Of a DNA stretch of 24,414 nt, positions 1 through 9,494 are shown in pieces; position 1 is the first letter of the stretch; every line of letters starts with the position of its first letter. The notes under the pieces were generated by a model. That model was not told the origin of the DNA, searched no databases, and worked only from the letters and a program-made list of their open reading frames with translations. Position numbers and translations under genes: made by a program. Source of the DNA: Longivirga aurantiaca (GTDB taxonomy: Bacteria; Actinomycetota; Actinomycetes; S36-B12; CAIYMF01); the NCBI RefSeq assembly GCF_042660085.1, contig NZ_JBHSTI010000015.1, positions 1 through 24,414 on the forward strand, in the 5' to 3' direction.

Positions 1-168
1 ACGCGCGGATCCATCCACCAGACATCCGAGCAGCTATTCATCCACCGCAACACCTTGCGGCAGCGCCTCACCAAGATCTCGACGCTCATGGAGCAGCCGA
101 TCGAGCGGGTGGAGGACTGGGTCCCGGTGGCGCTCGCGATCCGCGTGCTTCGCTCCCGCACGCCCTGA
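1..168 (+). CDS. C-terminal fragment of a PucR/CdaR-type regulator (HTH_30-like domain), running off the left window edge
   Basis: Frame 1 reads without stops from base 1 to TGA at 166-168: TRGSIHQTSEQLFIHRNTLRQRLTKISTLMEQPIERVEDWVPVALAIRVLRSRTP*. It matches the C-terminus of the 5674..7809 protein (GIHRNTLRQRLERI...AEDWLPLQLAVRIV). Confidence 0.8.
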   Translation, partial: TRGSIHQTSEQLFIHRNTLRQRLTKISTLMEQPIERVEDWVPVALAIRVLRSRTP

Positions 169-392
169 GCCCGCCACCGGATCGCTTGTCGCCGACGTCC
201 CCGGCTGTCGTCGGGACGGGCGGGGGCACGTCCCGGTCCGGGGGCCCCGCGCAGGTGATTCTGCACTGGTACCCGTGCCGAGAGTCGACATCCTGCCCAT
301 CGTCGCCTCGGTCGCCTGCCGGAAGAGTGGAGCCTGTCGCACCGCCTTTCGGAGCGCGGGGGAGTGTCGCGTCGGACCCCGTCGGCGGGGGG

Positions 393-1290
393 TGTCAATG
401 GCCATCTCATGGTCCCCGCTGGTGGCCAGTGAAAGTCCCCACCTCGCGTCATGGGTTAGCGGCTCGTGGGGCGGCCTCCTGTGTGGGTTCTCGCTTCGCG
501 CATGCGGTAGCTCTCGCCGTCGGTGGCGACGATGTTGTTGTGGTGCAGGGGCCGGTCGAGGAGGCTGACGGCGGTGGAGTGGTCGGGTAGGAATCGGCCC
601 CATTCCTCGAAGGGCCAGTGGCTGGCGAGGGCGAGGCTGCGGCGTTCGTAGGCGGCGGCGACGAACCGGAACAGAAGTTGGCTCCCGGTCGCGTCCAGGG
701 GTGCGAACCCGACCTCGTCGCAGATGATGAGGTCGTTGCGGAGCAGGGTCTCGATGACTTTGCCGACGCTGTTGTCCGCGAGGCCGCGGTAGAGGTTCTC
801 GACGAGTTCGGCGGCGGTGAAGTAGCGGACCCGCTGGCCCTGTTCGACGGCGGCGTGTCCGAGGGCGATCAGGGTGTGACTCTTCCCGGTGCCGGCTGGT
901 CCGATCAGGGTCAGGTTCTCCCGCGCGCTGATCCACTCGAGCGAGGTGAGGTAGGCCCAGGTCGGGGCGCTGATGCTGGAGGCCGCGAGGTCGAACCCCT
1001 CGATGGTCTTGATCGTTGGGAAGCATGCCTGTTTGCCGCGCAGCTGGGTGTTGCTGGCGTCGCGGGCGGTGATCTCGACCTCGACCAGTGCGCGGAGGAG
1101 TTCCTCGGGGGTCCATCGTTGCGTCTTGGCGGTGACCAGCAGTTCGGGGGCGACCGCGGGCATGCTGGCGAGCTTGAGGCGGCGTAGCCCGTGCTCGAGG
1201 TCCGCGGCCAACGGTGCCGATGTGGTGGCGGCCGTCGACGCACCGGGAGCGGAGGGCTTGGTCTCTCGACCACATGGTGTTTCTTCGCAC
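393..1290 (-). mobile_element. IS21-type remnant containing istB but no recognisable istA; boundaries approximate
   Basis: istB-like ORF with a possible terminal sequence tgtcaatggccatctcatggtcc at about 393. No istA-like ORF upstream of it. Confidence 0.45.
456..1211 (-). CDS. istB: IS21-family IstB-like ATP-binding transposition protein
   Basis: ORF of 251 aa with Walker A GPAGTGKSHTLIALG, Walker B LIICDEVGFAPLD and C-terminal LLDRPLHHNNIVATDGESYRMREA, typical of IstB. Confidence 0.85.
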   Translation of the reverse strand: MAADLEHGLRRLKLASMPAVAPELLVTAKTQRWTPEELLRALVEVEITARDASNTQLRGKQACFPTIKTIEGFDLAASSISAPTWAYLTSLEWISARENLTLIGPAGTGKSHTLIALGHAAVEQGQRVRYFTAAELVENLYRGLADNSVGKVIETLLRNDLIICDEVGFAPLDATGSQLLFRFVAAAYERRSLALASHWPFEEWGRFLPDHSTAVSLLDRPLHHNNIVATDGESYRMREARTHTGGRPTSR

Positions 1291-1779
1291 GCAAGTATTG
1301 GCCACCCTGGTCAGACAATCTCGAGTGTCAAGGACGCCCGTGGGGTAGGGGCTCTCGGTGCCGAGCGGCCGTGGTGTCCAACCATGACGGGCGACAGCTT
1401 GGCCGGGCTCCGCCCCAGCTCGCGGCGATCCCGATCCCGAGGGCTGTCTGCGCGGTGACCGGGCTTGGCCCAAGACGGGGGTGTTGACGCCGGGGTCGAC
1501 GCCCGGCCAGTGAGGGAGCGAATACGGATAAGCGGGGACTTTGTGAACCTGGAACCGTCGCTACCGAGCTCATCGTGGTCTACGGGCCGGTCATCATGGA
1601 GTTCACTTGTCTGCGGCGTGACGACCATGCGCGTATTCCGATCGCGTTTCGTGGCTCGCCCGCTCATTCACCAAATGTTGTGGGAGCCTCGTTGGGATAC
1701 CGGTCACGAGCGGGCGACGCGGATCCGGCCACCCGAACAGTGCCCGTCCCATATCCGCAAGCGGGCGCCGGCAGCGGGG

Positions 1780-2538
1780 TCAACACCACTCGAACGAGGT
1801 CGTTGTCGCGCGGCGGGCCGCCATGACCAGCGCGGCAACGATCGTGCTGCTTTGATCCGGTTCCGGGTGCCACTGAACCCCAACAACGAATTCAAGCTGT
1901 GAGTGCTCGATAGCCCTGGCGATTCCATCGCGTACCGAAACTCCGGAGACCCTGAGCCCGTCGGCAAGGACTCCTACTTCCTGATCAGCATGATAATTCA
2001 CCACGAGATGGAGCTCTCCGGTGCTCGCCGCCAACCGTGAACCCGCCTCGAGACGTATCCGGTGTTCGGCACTGACTGCTCCGCGATGCGCCTGACCTAC
2101 CGTTCCACCGAGCGCAACGTTCAGGACTTGCATCCCCCGACCTATCCCAAGGAGAGGAATGTTGCGATCCAGCGCCGCACGGACGAGAGCAAGTTCGTAC
2201 TCCTGGACTGGAACGTCGAACCCTCCGGCAAGACTGCCTGAGGTCTCCCCGTAGGTCGTCGGGTGAAGGTCGGGTCCACCCGTCACGATGACCCCGTTAA
2301 CGATGTCCAAGACTTCGTTAACGCGAATCGGCGTGCTCGTGCTTTGGGGGAGCAAGACACAGATTCCGTCGGCCGCATCTACCGCGCTTGTGTAGGCCGC
2401 AGGGAGGAAGTCGACCGGCGGATCACCCTCAGTCCCCTGGAAGCGGCCCCTCGCGGCGCAGATACCGATGACCGGTGTCGTGCTCCACTTCATAGCCGGT
2501 CCCATCTCCCGTTGCCGGGCAAGTTGCGCGCGTCGCAC
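1780..2538 (-). CDS. Peptidase C26 / PuuD-like class I glutamine amidotransferase-fold protein lacking the nucleophilic Cys; start probably internal (about 2493)
   Basis: VIGICAARGRF, VNGVIVTGGPDLHPTTYGE, LLGIGRGMQVLNVALGGT and VVGVQWHPEPD. The elbow normally reads GICRG but here reads GIGRG. Confidence 0.8.
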   Translation of the reverse strand: MRRAQLARQREMGPAMKWSTTPVIGICAARGRFQGTEGDPPVDFLPAAYTSAVDAADGICVLLPQSTSTPIRVNEVLDIVNGVIVTGGPDLHPTTYGETSGSLAGGFDVPVQEYELALVRAALDRNIPLLGIGRGMQVLNVALGGTVGQAHRGAVSAEHRIRLEAGSRLAASTGELHLVVNYHADQEVGVLADGLRVSGVSVRDGIARAIEHSQLEFVVGVQWHPEPDQSSTIVAALVMAARRATTTSFEWC

Positions 2539-2814
2539 GGTTCTGAGTGGCGTAGCAGCCTAGGCCGAACGGGGAGGTCGAATGCGCGCCGCAAACGGAC
2601 CTCAGACTTCCACAACTCACCGTACGGAAGGCGGCGCCCGGCCAGATGTCGCGCCCGCTACTGGTTTGCGTCAAAGGTGTAGGGATATTGGGTCAAAGAT
2701 GCAGGGACATCGACCCGTGGGTCAAGATGCAAACGTGACAGAACTTCTTGAGGAAGCGCTGGCCCGGAGTGTGGTCGTTAGTCTCGGGGTTGGTTGACGG
2801 GCTGGCTCGTCTAG

Positions 2815-2826
2815 CCTCGATGTTTC
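2815..2826 (+). repeat. Left terminal inverted repeat of the IS1380-type element (CCTCGATGTTTC)
   Basis: Pairs with 4465-4476 (reverse complement CCTCGAGGTTTC), one mismatch in 12. Confidence 0.8.
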
Positions 2827-2952
2827 GAGTGGCTGTCGGCCGAGGTGCTCGCGGGGTCGTCGGGTGCGGTGTTGGCGGGTGGTCGTGCGTGGTCGCCGGC
2901 GTTCTTCTCGCCGGTTCTCCGGGCGGCGCTCTGGGTGTCGCGTTGCGCTGGT

Positions 2953-4357
2953 TCAAGGGCTTCGGAGTGCGCGCCAGCCGGTGTCGATGAGGTGGTTCCA
3001 GGGCCAGTCTCTGGGTAGTCGGAGTCGTCGGCGGCGACCGGTTCGCACGATGCGGCCTGCGACGGCGAGCAAGCGGAAGCGGATGCGTTTGGGTTCCCAC
3101 CTGCGGGCTGGTTCGTGGGCGTCGAAGGCGAGGGTCTGCATCCAGGCGATCAGGTCTGCGGCCAGTGCGACGACTTCGACCCAGATCCTGTTCTGGTCAT
3201 AGCCGTGGAAGGGCAGGTTCCGCAGTCCGGTGTCCTTCAGGGCGCGGATGCGGTCCTCGCAGCGGGCGCGTTGGCGGTGCCGGACCTCGAGCGCGGGCAG
3301 CGTCCAGCACGGGCCCGCGGTGTTGGTCGCGAAGCAGGTGATCCGCTACCCCTGGTGGTCGGTCAGGCGCAGCTGCGCGCCGGGATGGGGACGTTCGCGA
3401 CGGGCGATGACCCGCATCCCCTCGGGCCAGTCCTTCGGCCCGGGCCGTGACGCCCGCTGCTGGGTGACCGGGATCGGCATCCACCCGGTGAGCCCCGCGA
3501 CCTGCGCGCCCTCGCGGGGTTCGCCATCACCATCGAGCGCGGCGCGCCAAGCCTGTTCGGGGATCGCCTCGACCGCTGCTTTGACGGTGTCCTGGGCCTG
3601 AAACCCGATCGAGTACTCCAACCCGGCGTCGGTGATCTTGTGCAGGAACACCTTCGAGCAGGCACCGGTATCGGCTCGGACCAGGACCTGGGCGCGTTCG
3701 TGCTCGGGGAGCTGGGCCAGCGCGGTGTCCAAGGTCGTGAGGTGGTCGGCACTGTTCCACGGGGAGGCCTTCCCCGGCCGCAACTCCACCACCAGGGTCT
3801 CTCCGGTGCCGTGCTCGCCGTGGTCGACGAACGCGCACATCGGCGCGAACCCATAACCCCGTTTGAAGGTGGGCTCGGCGCCCTCCTTGTCCGAGTGCGC
3901 CGTCACCAAGGTGGCGTCGATGTCCACGATCACCTGACCGCCGTTGCGGTCCCCAGGTGCGCCGGCCAGCGGTCGACGACGTGCCCACACCACAGCCCGC
4001 GCCGCGGGCCGCCCGGATCGCCGCGACCGCAGCATCGGGATCGGCGGCCAGCGCAGCGAAGACCCGCGAGACCGTCGGGTCGGAGGCGACCGGCCCGAAC
4101 ACCGCCGGTTGCGCCCGGACCGCGGCAAGGTCGGCCAGGCAGCCACCACCGAACGCGATCGCGGTCGCGACATCGAGGAGCACCTTGCCGGGGTCGTGCA
4201 TGCCACGATCGCGCCGCCACGGCGACAACCCGGCCGACAGGCCGCGGTCCAGGCCAGCGGCAGCGATCGTCTCCCGCAGCAGCAACGCCCCCGAGGACGA
4301 CACCAGCGACTCGCGGCCGGAGTCCAGAACCAACGACGGGACCTGGTTAGACTTCAC
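2953..4357 (-). pseudogene. IS1380-family transposase, broken by a frameshift (near about 4.0 kb) and an in-frame TAG at 3346-3348
   Basis: N-terminus in one frame (LLLRETIAAAGLDRGLSAGLSPWRRDRGMHDPGKVLLDVATAIAFGGGCLADLA). Catalytic region in another frame (VIVDIDATLVTAHSDKEGAEPTFKRGYGFAPM). C-terminus reads LTDHQG*RITCFATNT...RNLPFHGYDQNRIWVEVVALAADLIAWMQTLAFDAHEPARRWEPKRIRFRLL in the same frame as the catalytic region. Confidence 0.85.
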
Positions 4358-4464
4358 CTACGGAGTGCCTTCCGCTCGGCAAACTTTGGACCTTCGCAAG
4401 CCCAAGTTTCCCAAGCAGGACAGGCACTTCCGTACTTTCACACCCCGTGTCGAGCTCCAATCAT

Positions 4465-4476
4465 GAAACCTCGAGG
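4465..4476 (-). repeat. Right terminal inverted repeat of the IS1380-type element (GAAACCTCGAGG on + strand)
   Basis: Pairs with 2815-2826 and is followed by CTAG, matching the CTAG preceding the left end. Confidence 0.8.
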
Positions 4477-4585
4477 CTAGGTGGCAGTTCGGCTAAAGGG
4501 ATCTGGCAGGCGGATCAGTCGTCGGTGCCTCGGTCCGTCCAGGACATGATCGTTCGATCTTGACTCGATCATCTGATCTAAGTCA

Positions 4586-5605
4586 TTGTATGTCCTAATC
4601 AGGCATGGAAACACTGGGTCAAACTCGGAGGCTGGCATTCCACACGTCACGGGTATCCAGGTGAGTCAACACTCAGATCTTCCGATCTATCGGCAGATAG
4701 TGACACAGCTGACGTTCATGATCGAGATGGGGCAACTCAAGGACGGAGAGCGACTGCCAAGTATGCGGCTGCTCGCCGATAATCTGCACATCAACCGCAA
4801 CACGGTTGCGCATGCCTACGCCGAACTCCGAGATCAAGGTTTGGTTGAGTCGAGGAGGCGCAACGGGATGGTGGTCGTCGGGGGCGAACGGGCGAGATCC
4901 TCCTCGGCGACACGCGTTCGTGCCCGTGCGCTGCTAGAGGAAGCAGTCCGCGAGAGCATCGGTCTTGGCCTCAGCACCTCCGAAGTCCATTCCCTTGTGA
5001 TGAGCTTCGCTATGCGTGCTCAGGCCGAGCGGCTTCAGATCGCGTTCGTCGAGTGCAACGCAGATCGTTCCCAATACTTCGCGGGCGAGATCGAGACACA
5101 CGTCGGGCTGCCGGTGCGTCCCCTGGTCCTGGGTGACTTCGATCCCAAGAGCGAGAATCCTGACCTGGTGCTCACAACGTTCTTTCACCTCGCCGAGGTG
5201 AGGAAGCTGATGCGACAGCCGAAGACAGAAGTAGTAGCTATTGTTGTCGCCCCGCACGTACAGACGCTCGTTCAGATTGCGCAGGTGCCCAAGCGAAGGA
5301 CGGTAGGTATCTACTATTCGACCAAGGACCAGGCTGCCAACATAAGAGACTCTCTCATGCAGTCAGGCATCACGAACATCGCCGTTCTCGGTGGTACGAC
5401 GGACGAGGACCTGCAAGGAGTCGACCTCGTCGTAATCCCGAGCGAGACTCCGGCGCTCAAGGAGCGGCTGGAGGGCCGAGTACGAGTCATTGAGTTCGGC
5501 AATATCCTTGACGAGGCGTCCATTCGCATGGTCACAGAGGTGGTCCGGGACTTGCAGGCGGCCAAGGTTGATAGGACCGCAGAGCCGATCGCTGCTCGAC
5601 ATTGA
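4586..5605 (+). CDS. GntR-type transcriptional regulator with non-FCD/UTRA-like C-terminal domain; probable start GTG 4661
   Basis: wHTH LPIYRQIVTQLTFMIEMGQLKDGERLPSMRLLADNLHINRNTVAHAYAELRDQGLVESRRRNGMVV, with a long C-terminal region. Confidence 0.85.
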   Translation: MYVLIRHGNTGSNSEAGIPHVTGIQVSQHSDLPIYRQIVTQLTFMIEMGQLKDGERLPSMRLLADNLHINRNTVAHAYAELRDQGLVESRRRNGMVVVGGERARSSSATRVRARALLEEAVRESIGLGLSTSEVHSLVMSFAMRAQAERLQIAFVECNADRSQYFAGEIETHVGLPVRPLVLGDFDPKSENPDLVLTTFFHLAEVRKLMRQPKTEVVAIVVAPHVQTLVQIAQVPKRRTVGIYYSTKDQAANIRDSLMQSGITNIAVLGGTTDEDLQGVDLVVIPSETPALKERLEGRVRVIEFGNILDEASIRMVTEVVRDLQAAKVDRTAEPIAARH

Positions 5606-5673
5606 CTCGCACGGAAGGCGGCTTCATGGCGCCAGAACCATGAGCCAACAGCCCAGTCTGCTCCCGGCGCGGT

Positions 5674-7809
5674 CTACGAGGGGCGCGATGCGTTACGGAT
5701 GGTGACGATTCGCACTGCAAGCTGCAGAGGAAGCCAGTCTTCCGCGGAGTCCAGGTCGAGCCCAGTCACGACCGTGATTCGCTCAAGGCGCTGTCGCAGC
5801 GTGTTTCGGTGAATGCCGAGTTCGTCGGCGGCGTGGCTTCCGTTGCCGCGGGATGAGAGATACACGTCGAGGGTGCTGAGGAGCTGGGACCCGCGACGCC
5901 GATCATATTCGAGCAGCTGGTGGAGCCGCATGACCGTCGGGTCGTGATCGAACGCGGGGTCCACCGCAACTCGGTAGAGGTGCATCTCGCCGGCCAGGTC
6001 GTCGTAGTGATTCACTGGAGAGTCGCCCACCTTTGCGCCGATCTCGAGTGCTTCGCTTGCCTCGCGAAGTGCTGTCGGAAGATCCGTGACCCGCAGGACC
6101 ATTCGACTTATCCCTGCTTCAAGCCGCACGCCCCACTTTTGCGCTAGATCGTCTGCGAGTTGTTGGATGTGTCCCTGCAGCCTGCGATCGCCGTCTGGCT
6201 TGGCTACCTCGACCAGCCCGTAGATCTGATTCAGCGTGACGTGAGTGATCGAACCCGGGTTGAATCCTCGAATCATGGTGACCGCTGATGCCGTCGCACG
6301 GCTGACGTCCGACGGCTGGGTCTTGTCGCCCTGCTTTGCAGAAACAACGACGCGGGCGCGGAGCAGCACCAGTGGTCTGGTGAGGTTCGCGCCTAGCGCA
6401 GTGGCTATCGACGCTGTCTGATCATCGACCAGGTTCCGGCCGAGGCGTTCGAATACGACCCGGCTCGACTGCTCTGTGCCGCCCCAACGACTGGACGGAT
6501 CTGTGAGGGCAAGGCCGAGCTGACGGCCGATGATGGACATCAGGTCATGGTCTTCGTCTGAGAATCGGTGACGTCGGTAGCAACTCAAGAAACCGAGGCT
6601 GTCGTCGCCGACGACGAGCGGAACAGACGCGACGTTGCCCAGCCGCTCGGGTAGTTCCGAGTTCAAGTACCGCAGAAGTCGCGTTGACGCAGGGCTTGCG
6701 TCAACGGCGGTGCCCGCCTGCCCGGACGTCAGCGTCGCGACATCGTCTAGCACATCGGAACGGAATGGCGCGATCGCCCTGACGATCGGCTCCCCGGTCT
6801 CGGGGTCCGCAAGCACCAACACGCATAGGTCTGCCTCAAGTACTGCGACAGCCGCGTTGGCTACCGTGCCGAGGACTTCGAACGCCGGTCGGAGGGAGCA
6901 CAAGGTGGTGCTCAACTCGGACAGCGTATCGAGCATGTGCGCCCTTCGGGCGACTGCGCCACCGTTCGACGCGTTGCTGATTACTCCAGCGAGGAGGGCA
7001 GCCAGCTCCTTTGCTACCGCAAGATGAGAGTCTTCGAAGCGGTTCGGGGTCCTCGCATTTAGAGAGAGAACCCCAATGAGAACTTGGCCGCCGCGAAGAA
7101 GCGGGATCTTGGCTGTGGATTCGTAGTTCTCCTCGTTCAGTTCAGGAAAGAGTTGGAAGTGCGGGTCCTTCGCTGGCGCCCTGTTTACGACAACCGCTCG
7201 TTGCCGAAGTGCGGCGAGCCCGCTGAGACCTTGCCCGAGGTGCACTTCCACTCGATGAAGGTAACTCTTCTCGACCCCCTCGGTAGCCGCCGTCAGGACC
7301 AGCGTCTCCCGTTGCGAATCCCAAAGATGTAGGAAGGCCCCATCGGCATCGGTTGCGTCACGAACGATCTCCACGACACGTCCGAAGAAGTCGGCGAGCT
7401 CCAGGTTCATCCCCACTGCAAAGACGATCTGCGACAACGCGACGCGCAGGCGTTCCGCGCGATCTAGAGCCCGACGAATGTCACCGACGTCGGTGACCAC
7501 GGGCTCCGTGGCCTGACCGCTTTCAACATCAGAGTTCAGTGCACCCACCTCACAAACATCGGGGAGACAGCACCATGTCCTCGCGGGAGTATGGAAGTCA
7601 ACACGAGTGCCGAGTTCCACAGTTGATGGGCGCACGGCGGTCCCCGGGTCTATCCGATTCTGAACCGTTTCGGCTCCTCCGCCGGCATTAGCATTCGAGA
7701 ACGGACCGACGTAGGTGAACACTTCGCCGGTCAGCGTCGCTCGATGGACCCCGCCCTTCAGTTGCGACGATGACCACGGCCTTCGTGATCGGACCCGGCT
7801 GCGGCACAC
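5674..7809 (-). CDS. GAF-domain PucR/CdaR-type transcriptional regulator; true start probably downstream of the ORF start
   Basis: GAF-like segments (VVEIVRDATDADGAFLHLWD...LRGGQVLIGVLSLNARTPNRF; VASVPLVVGDDSLGFLSCYRRHRFS) and C-terminal LLEYDRRRGSQLLSTLDVYLSSRGNGSHAADELGIHRNTLRQRLERI. Confidence 0.85.
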   Translation of the reverse strand: MCRSRVRSRRPWSSSQLKGGVHRATLTGEVFTYVGPFSNANAGGGAETVQNRIDPGTAVRPSTVELGTRVDFHTPARTWCCLPDVCEVGALNSDVESGQATEPVVTDVGDIRRALDRAERLRVALSQIVFAVGMNLELADFFGRVVEIVRDATDADGAFLHLWDSQRETLVLTAATEGVEKSYLHRVEVHLGQGLSGLAALRQRAVVVNRAPAKDPHFQLFPELNEENYESTAKIPLLRGGQVLIGVLSLNARTPNRFEDSHLAVAKELAALLAGVISNASNGGAVARRAHMLDTLSELSTTLCSLRPAFEVLGTVANAAVAVLEADLCVLVLADPETGEPIVRAIAPFRSDVLDDVATLTSGQAGTAVDASPASTRLLRYLNSELPERLGNVASVPLVVGDDSLGFLSCYRRHRFSDEDHDLMSIIGRQLGLALTDPSSRWGGTEQSSRVVFERLGRNLVDDQTASIATALGANLTRPLVLLRARVVVSAKQGDKTQPSDVSRATASAVTMIRGFNPGSITHVTLNQIYGLVEVAKPDGDRRLQGHIQQLADDLAQKWGVRLEAGISRMVLRVTDLPTALREASEALEIGAKVGDSPVNHYDDLAGEMHLYRVAVDPAFDHDPTVMRLHQLLEYDRRRGSQLLSTLDVYLSSRGNGSHAADELGIHRNTLRQRLERITVVTGLDLDSAEDWLPLQLAVRIVTIRNASRPS

Positions 7810-8135
7810 GCTCCGGGACCATTCGCGCAGTGCGGTCCTTCACTTCACGATCGATCGCGGATTGGCCTCGACTGCTGCAGTGTCCCTATACGAGCCGCCA
7901 GCTATTGCAAGCTCGCCTCGAATGCTCAGTCAATCTGCGGTTGCGCTCGACGACTCGCACGGTGACGCGAGAAAGTAGTTGACCGCCTAATCGCGATCTC
8001 AATGGTCCCGGAAGTCGACGACTGTTGTCCCGCGTTGCTGATGCCCGGCAGTAGCGCTTCCACTGAAACTAGGCATCGCTAATCGCGCGTCCCACAAGCC
8101 GCCGCGGCCACCGCGGGTGACGCGTTCCAACAGCT

Positions 8136-9494
8136 TCAGCCGTCTGTCGAGATGAAGATGTTCTTTAGTTCGGTGTATCCGTCGAGGGCCGTCATTCCGA
8201 GCTCCCGTCCCATGCCCGACTGCTTGAACCCACCGAATGGAGCCTGTAGGCGGACTGAGGTACTGGAATTCACCGAAATCGAGCCAGTCTCGAGTCCGCG
8301 CGAGACGCGGATCGCTCTGCCCACGTCACGGGTCCAGACCGATCCCGACAAGCCGAATATCGTGTCGTTGGCGAGAGTGATTGCATCGGCCTCGTCATCG
8401 AACGGGATGATGGTCACGATGGGTCCAAAGATCTCTTCTCGCACAACTCGATGATCGCGAGGCGGATTCAGGACGATGTGGGGTGACATCCAATGGCCGG
8501 GCCCCGTGGGTGCCTCCGTCGGCGCGACCACATCGAGCTCGATATCGAGAAATGACTCGACCTTGTCAAGGTGGTTCCCCGAGACCAAAGGGCCCATCGT
8601 TGTGGCCGCATCGAGCGGATCTCCCACCACCATGGATCCCGTAGCCGACGTGAACAGTTTGACGAACTCGTCGTATGCCCCGCGTTCGACAAGAATTCGA
8701 CTTCGGGCACAGCAGTCTTGACCCGAGTTGCCGAACACTGCGCCTGTGCTCTCGACCGCCACCCTTTCCAGGTCGGCGTCCTCGAAAATGACCGCCGCGG
8801 ACTTCCCACCCAGCTCGAGGGTGACGCGCTTCATGGTACCTGCCGCAGAGCGCATGATCGTCTGACCAGTCTCGGTTGAACCAGTGAAGCTGATCTTACC
8901 TATCCCGGGGTGCTCCGTTAGTGCAGTGCCGACGATGGGGCCCTTTCCGAGGACAACCTGGAATAACCCGTCGGGAAGGTCAGCATTTGAGATCAGTTCC
9001 CCGAACTTGCAGATGGATAGCGGGGTTATTTCTGCCGGCTTTACAATCACAGAATTGCCGCAGGCAATGGCGGCTGCCACATTCCAGGCGGCAATCGCCA
9101 ACGGAAAGTTCCACGGTGCGATGACGGCTACCACTCCTATCGGCTCATGCACAGTGAAGTCCATGCCGCCGTCCACTGGGATGGTCTGGCCGAAGAACTT
9201 GTCGATGGCGCCGGCGTAGTAATCGAATGTGTCGGCCACCATGGACACCTCGGCTCGACTGGCTCCGATCGGTTTGCCGACATTCGACGTCTCAATGCGG
9301 GCAAGCTCTTCCGAGTTTGCCCGCACTAGTTCGGCGATACGTCGCAGCCCATCGATGCGGCTGCGTTGAGGCAGTCGGGCCCACGTCCGCTGGGCACGCT
9401 GGGCGCGTTCGACAACATCGTCAACCAACGCAAGCGGCGTGTCCCGAAGCTCAGCGATCACGGCGAGGGTGGAAGGGTTGACGATCAGACTCAT
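8136..9494 (-). CDS. NAD(P)-dependent aldehyde dehydrogenase
   Basis: APWNFPLAIAAWNVAAAIACGNSVIVKPAEITPLS, ISFTGSTETGQTIM, VTLELGGKSAAVIFEDADL, GQDCCARSRILVE, EEIFGPIVTIIPF and FGGFKQSGMGRELG. Confidence 0.95.
   Translation of the reverse strand: MSLIVNPSTLAVIAELRDTPLALVDDVVERAQRAQRTWARLPQRSRIDGLRRIAELVRANSEELARIETSNVGKPIGASRAEVSMVADTFDYYAGAIDKFFGQTIPVDGGMDFTVHEPIGVVAVIAPWNFPLAIAAWNVAAAIACGNSVIVKPAEITPLSICKFGELISNADLPDGLFQVVLGKGPIVGTALTEHPGIGKISFTGSTETGQTIMRSAAGTMKRVTLELGGKSAAVIFEDADLERVAVESTGAVFGNSGQDCCARSRILVERGAYDEFVKLFTSATGSMVVGDPLDAATTMGPLVSGNHLDKVESFLDIELDVVAPTEAPTGPGHWMSPHIVLNPPRDHRVVREEIFGPIVTIIPFDDEADAITLANDTIFGLSGSVWTRDVGRAIRVSRGLETGSISVNSSTSVRLQAPFGGFKQSGMGRELGMTALDGYTELKNIFISTDG

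Larger units (their letters stand above)
2815..4476 (-). mobile_element. IS1380-family insertion sequence, degenerate, about 1.66 kb
   Basis: Imperfect terminal inverted repeats CCTCGATGTTTC (2815-2826) and GAAACCTCGAGG (4465-4476). CTAG directly flanks both ends (2811-2814, 4477-4480). Encloses an IS1380-like transposase. Confidence 0.85.

Noticed and set aside
34-1473. 479-aa plus-strand ORF
   Set aside because: Arg/Pro-rich, low-complexity shadow frame antisense to the clear istB ORF; no family motif.
1870-1885. GTGCCACTGAAC resembling a cobalamin-riboswitch B12 box
   Set aside because: Lies inside the C26 coding region, with no accompanying riboswitch core elements and no B12 gene downstream. 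The same motif near 20190 lies inside the IS30 remnant.
3640-4350. 236-aa plus-strand ORF
   Set aside because: Antisense shadow of the IS1380-type transposase.
4541-4580. Repeated GATC-containing words (catgatcgttcgatcttgactcgatcatctgatc) upstream of the GntR gene
   Set aside because: Short and imperfect. Could be an operator, but the signal is too weak to list as a feature.
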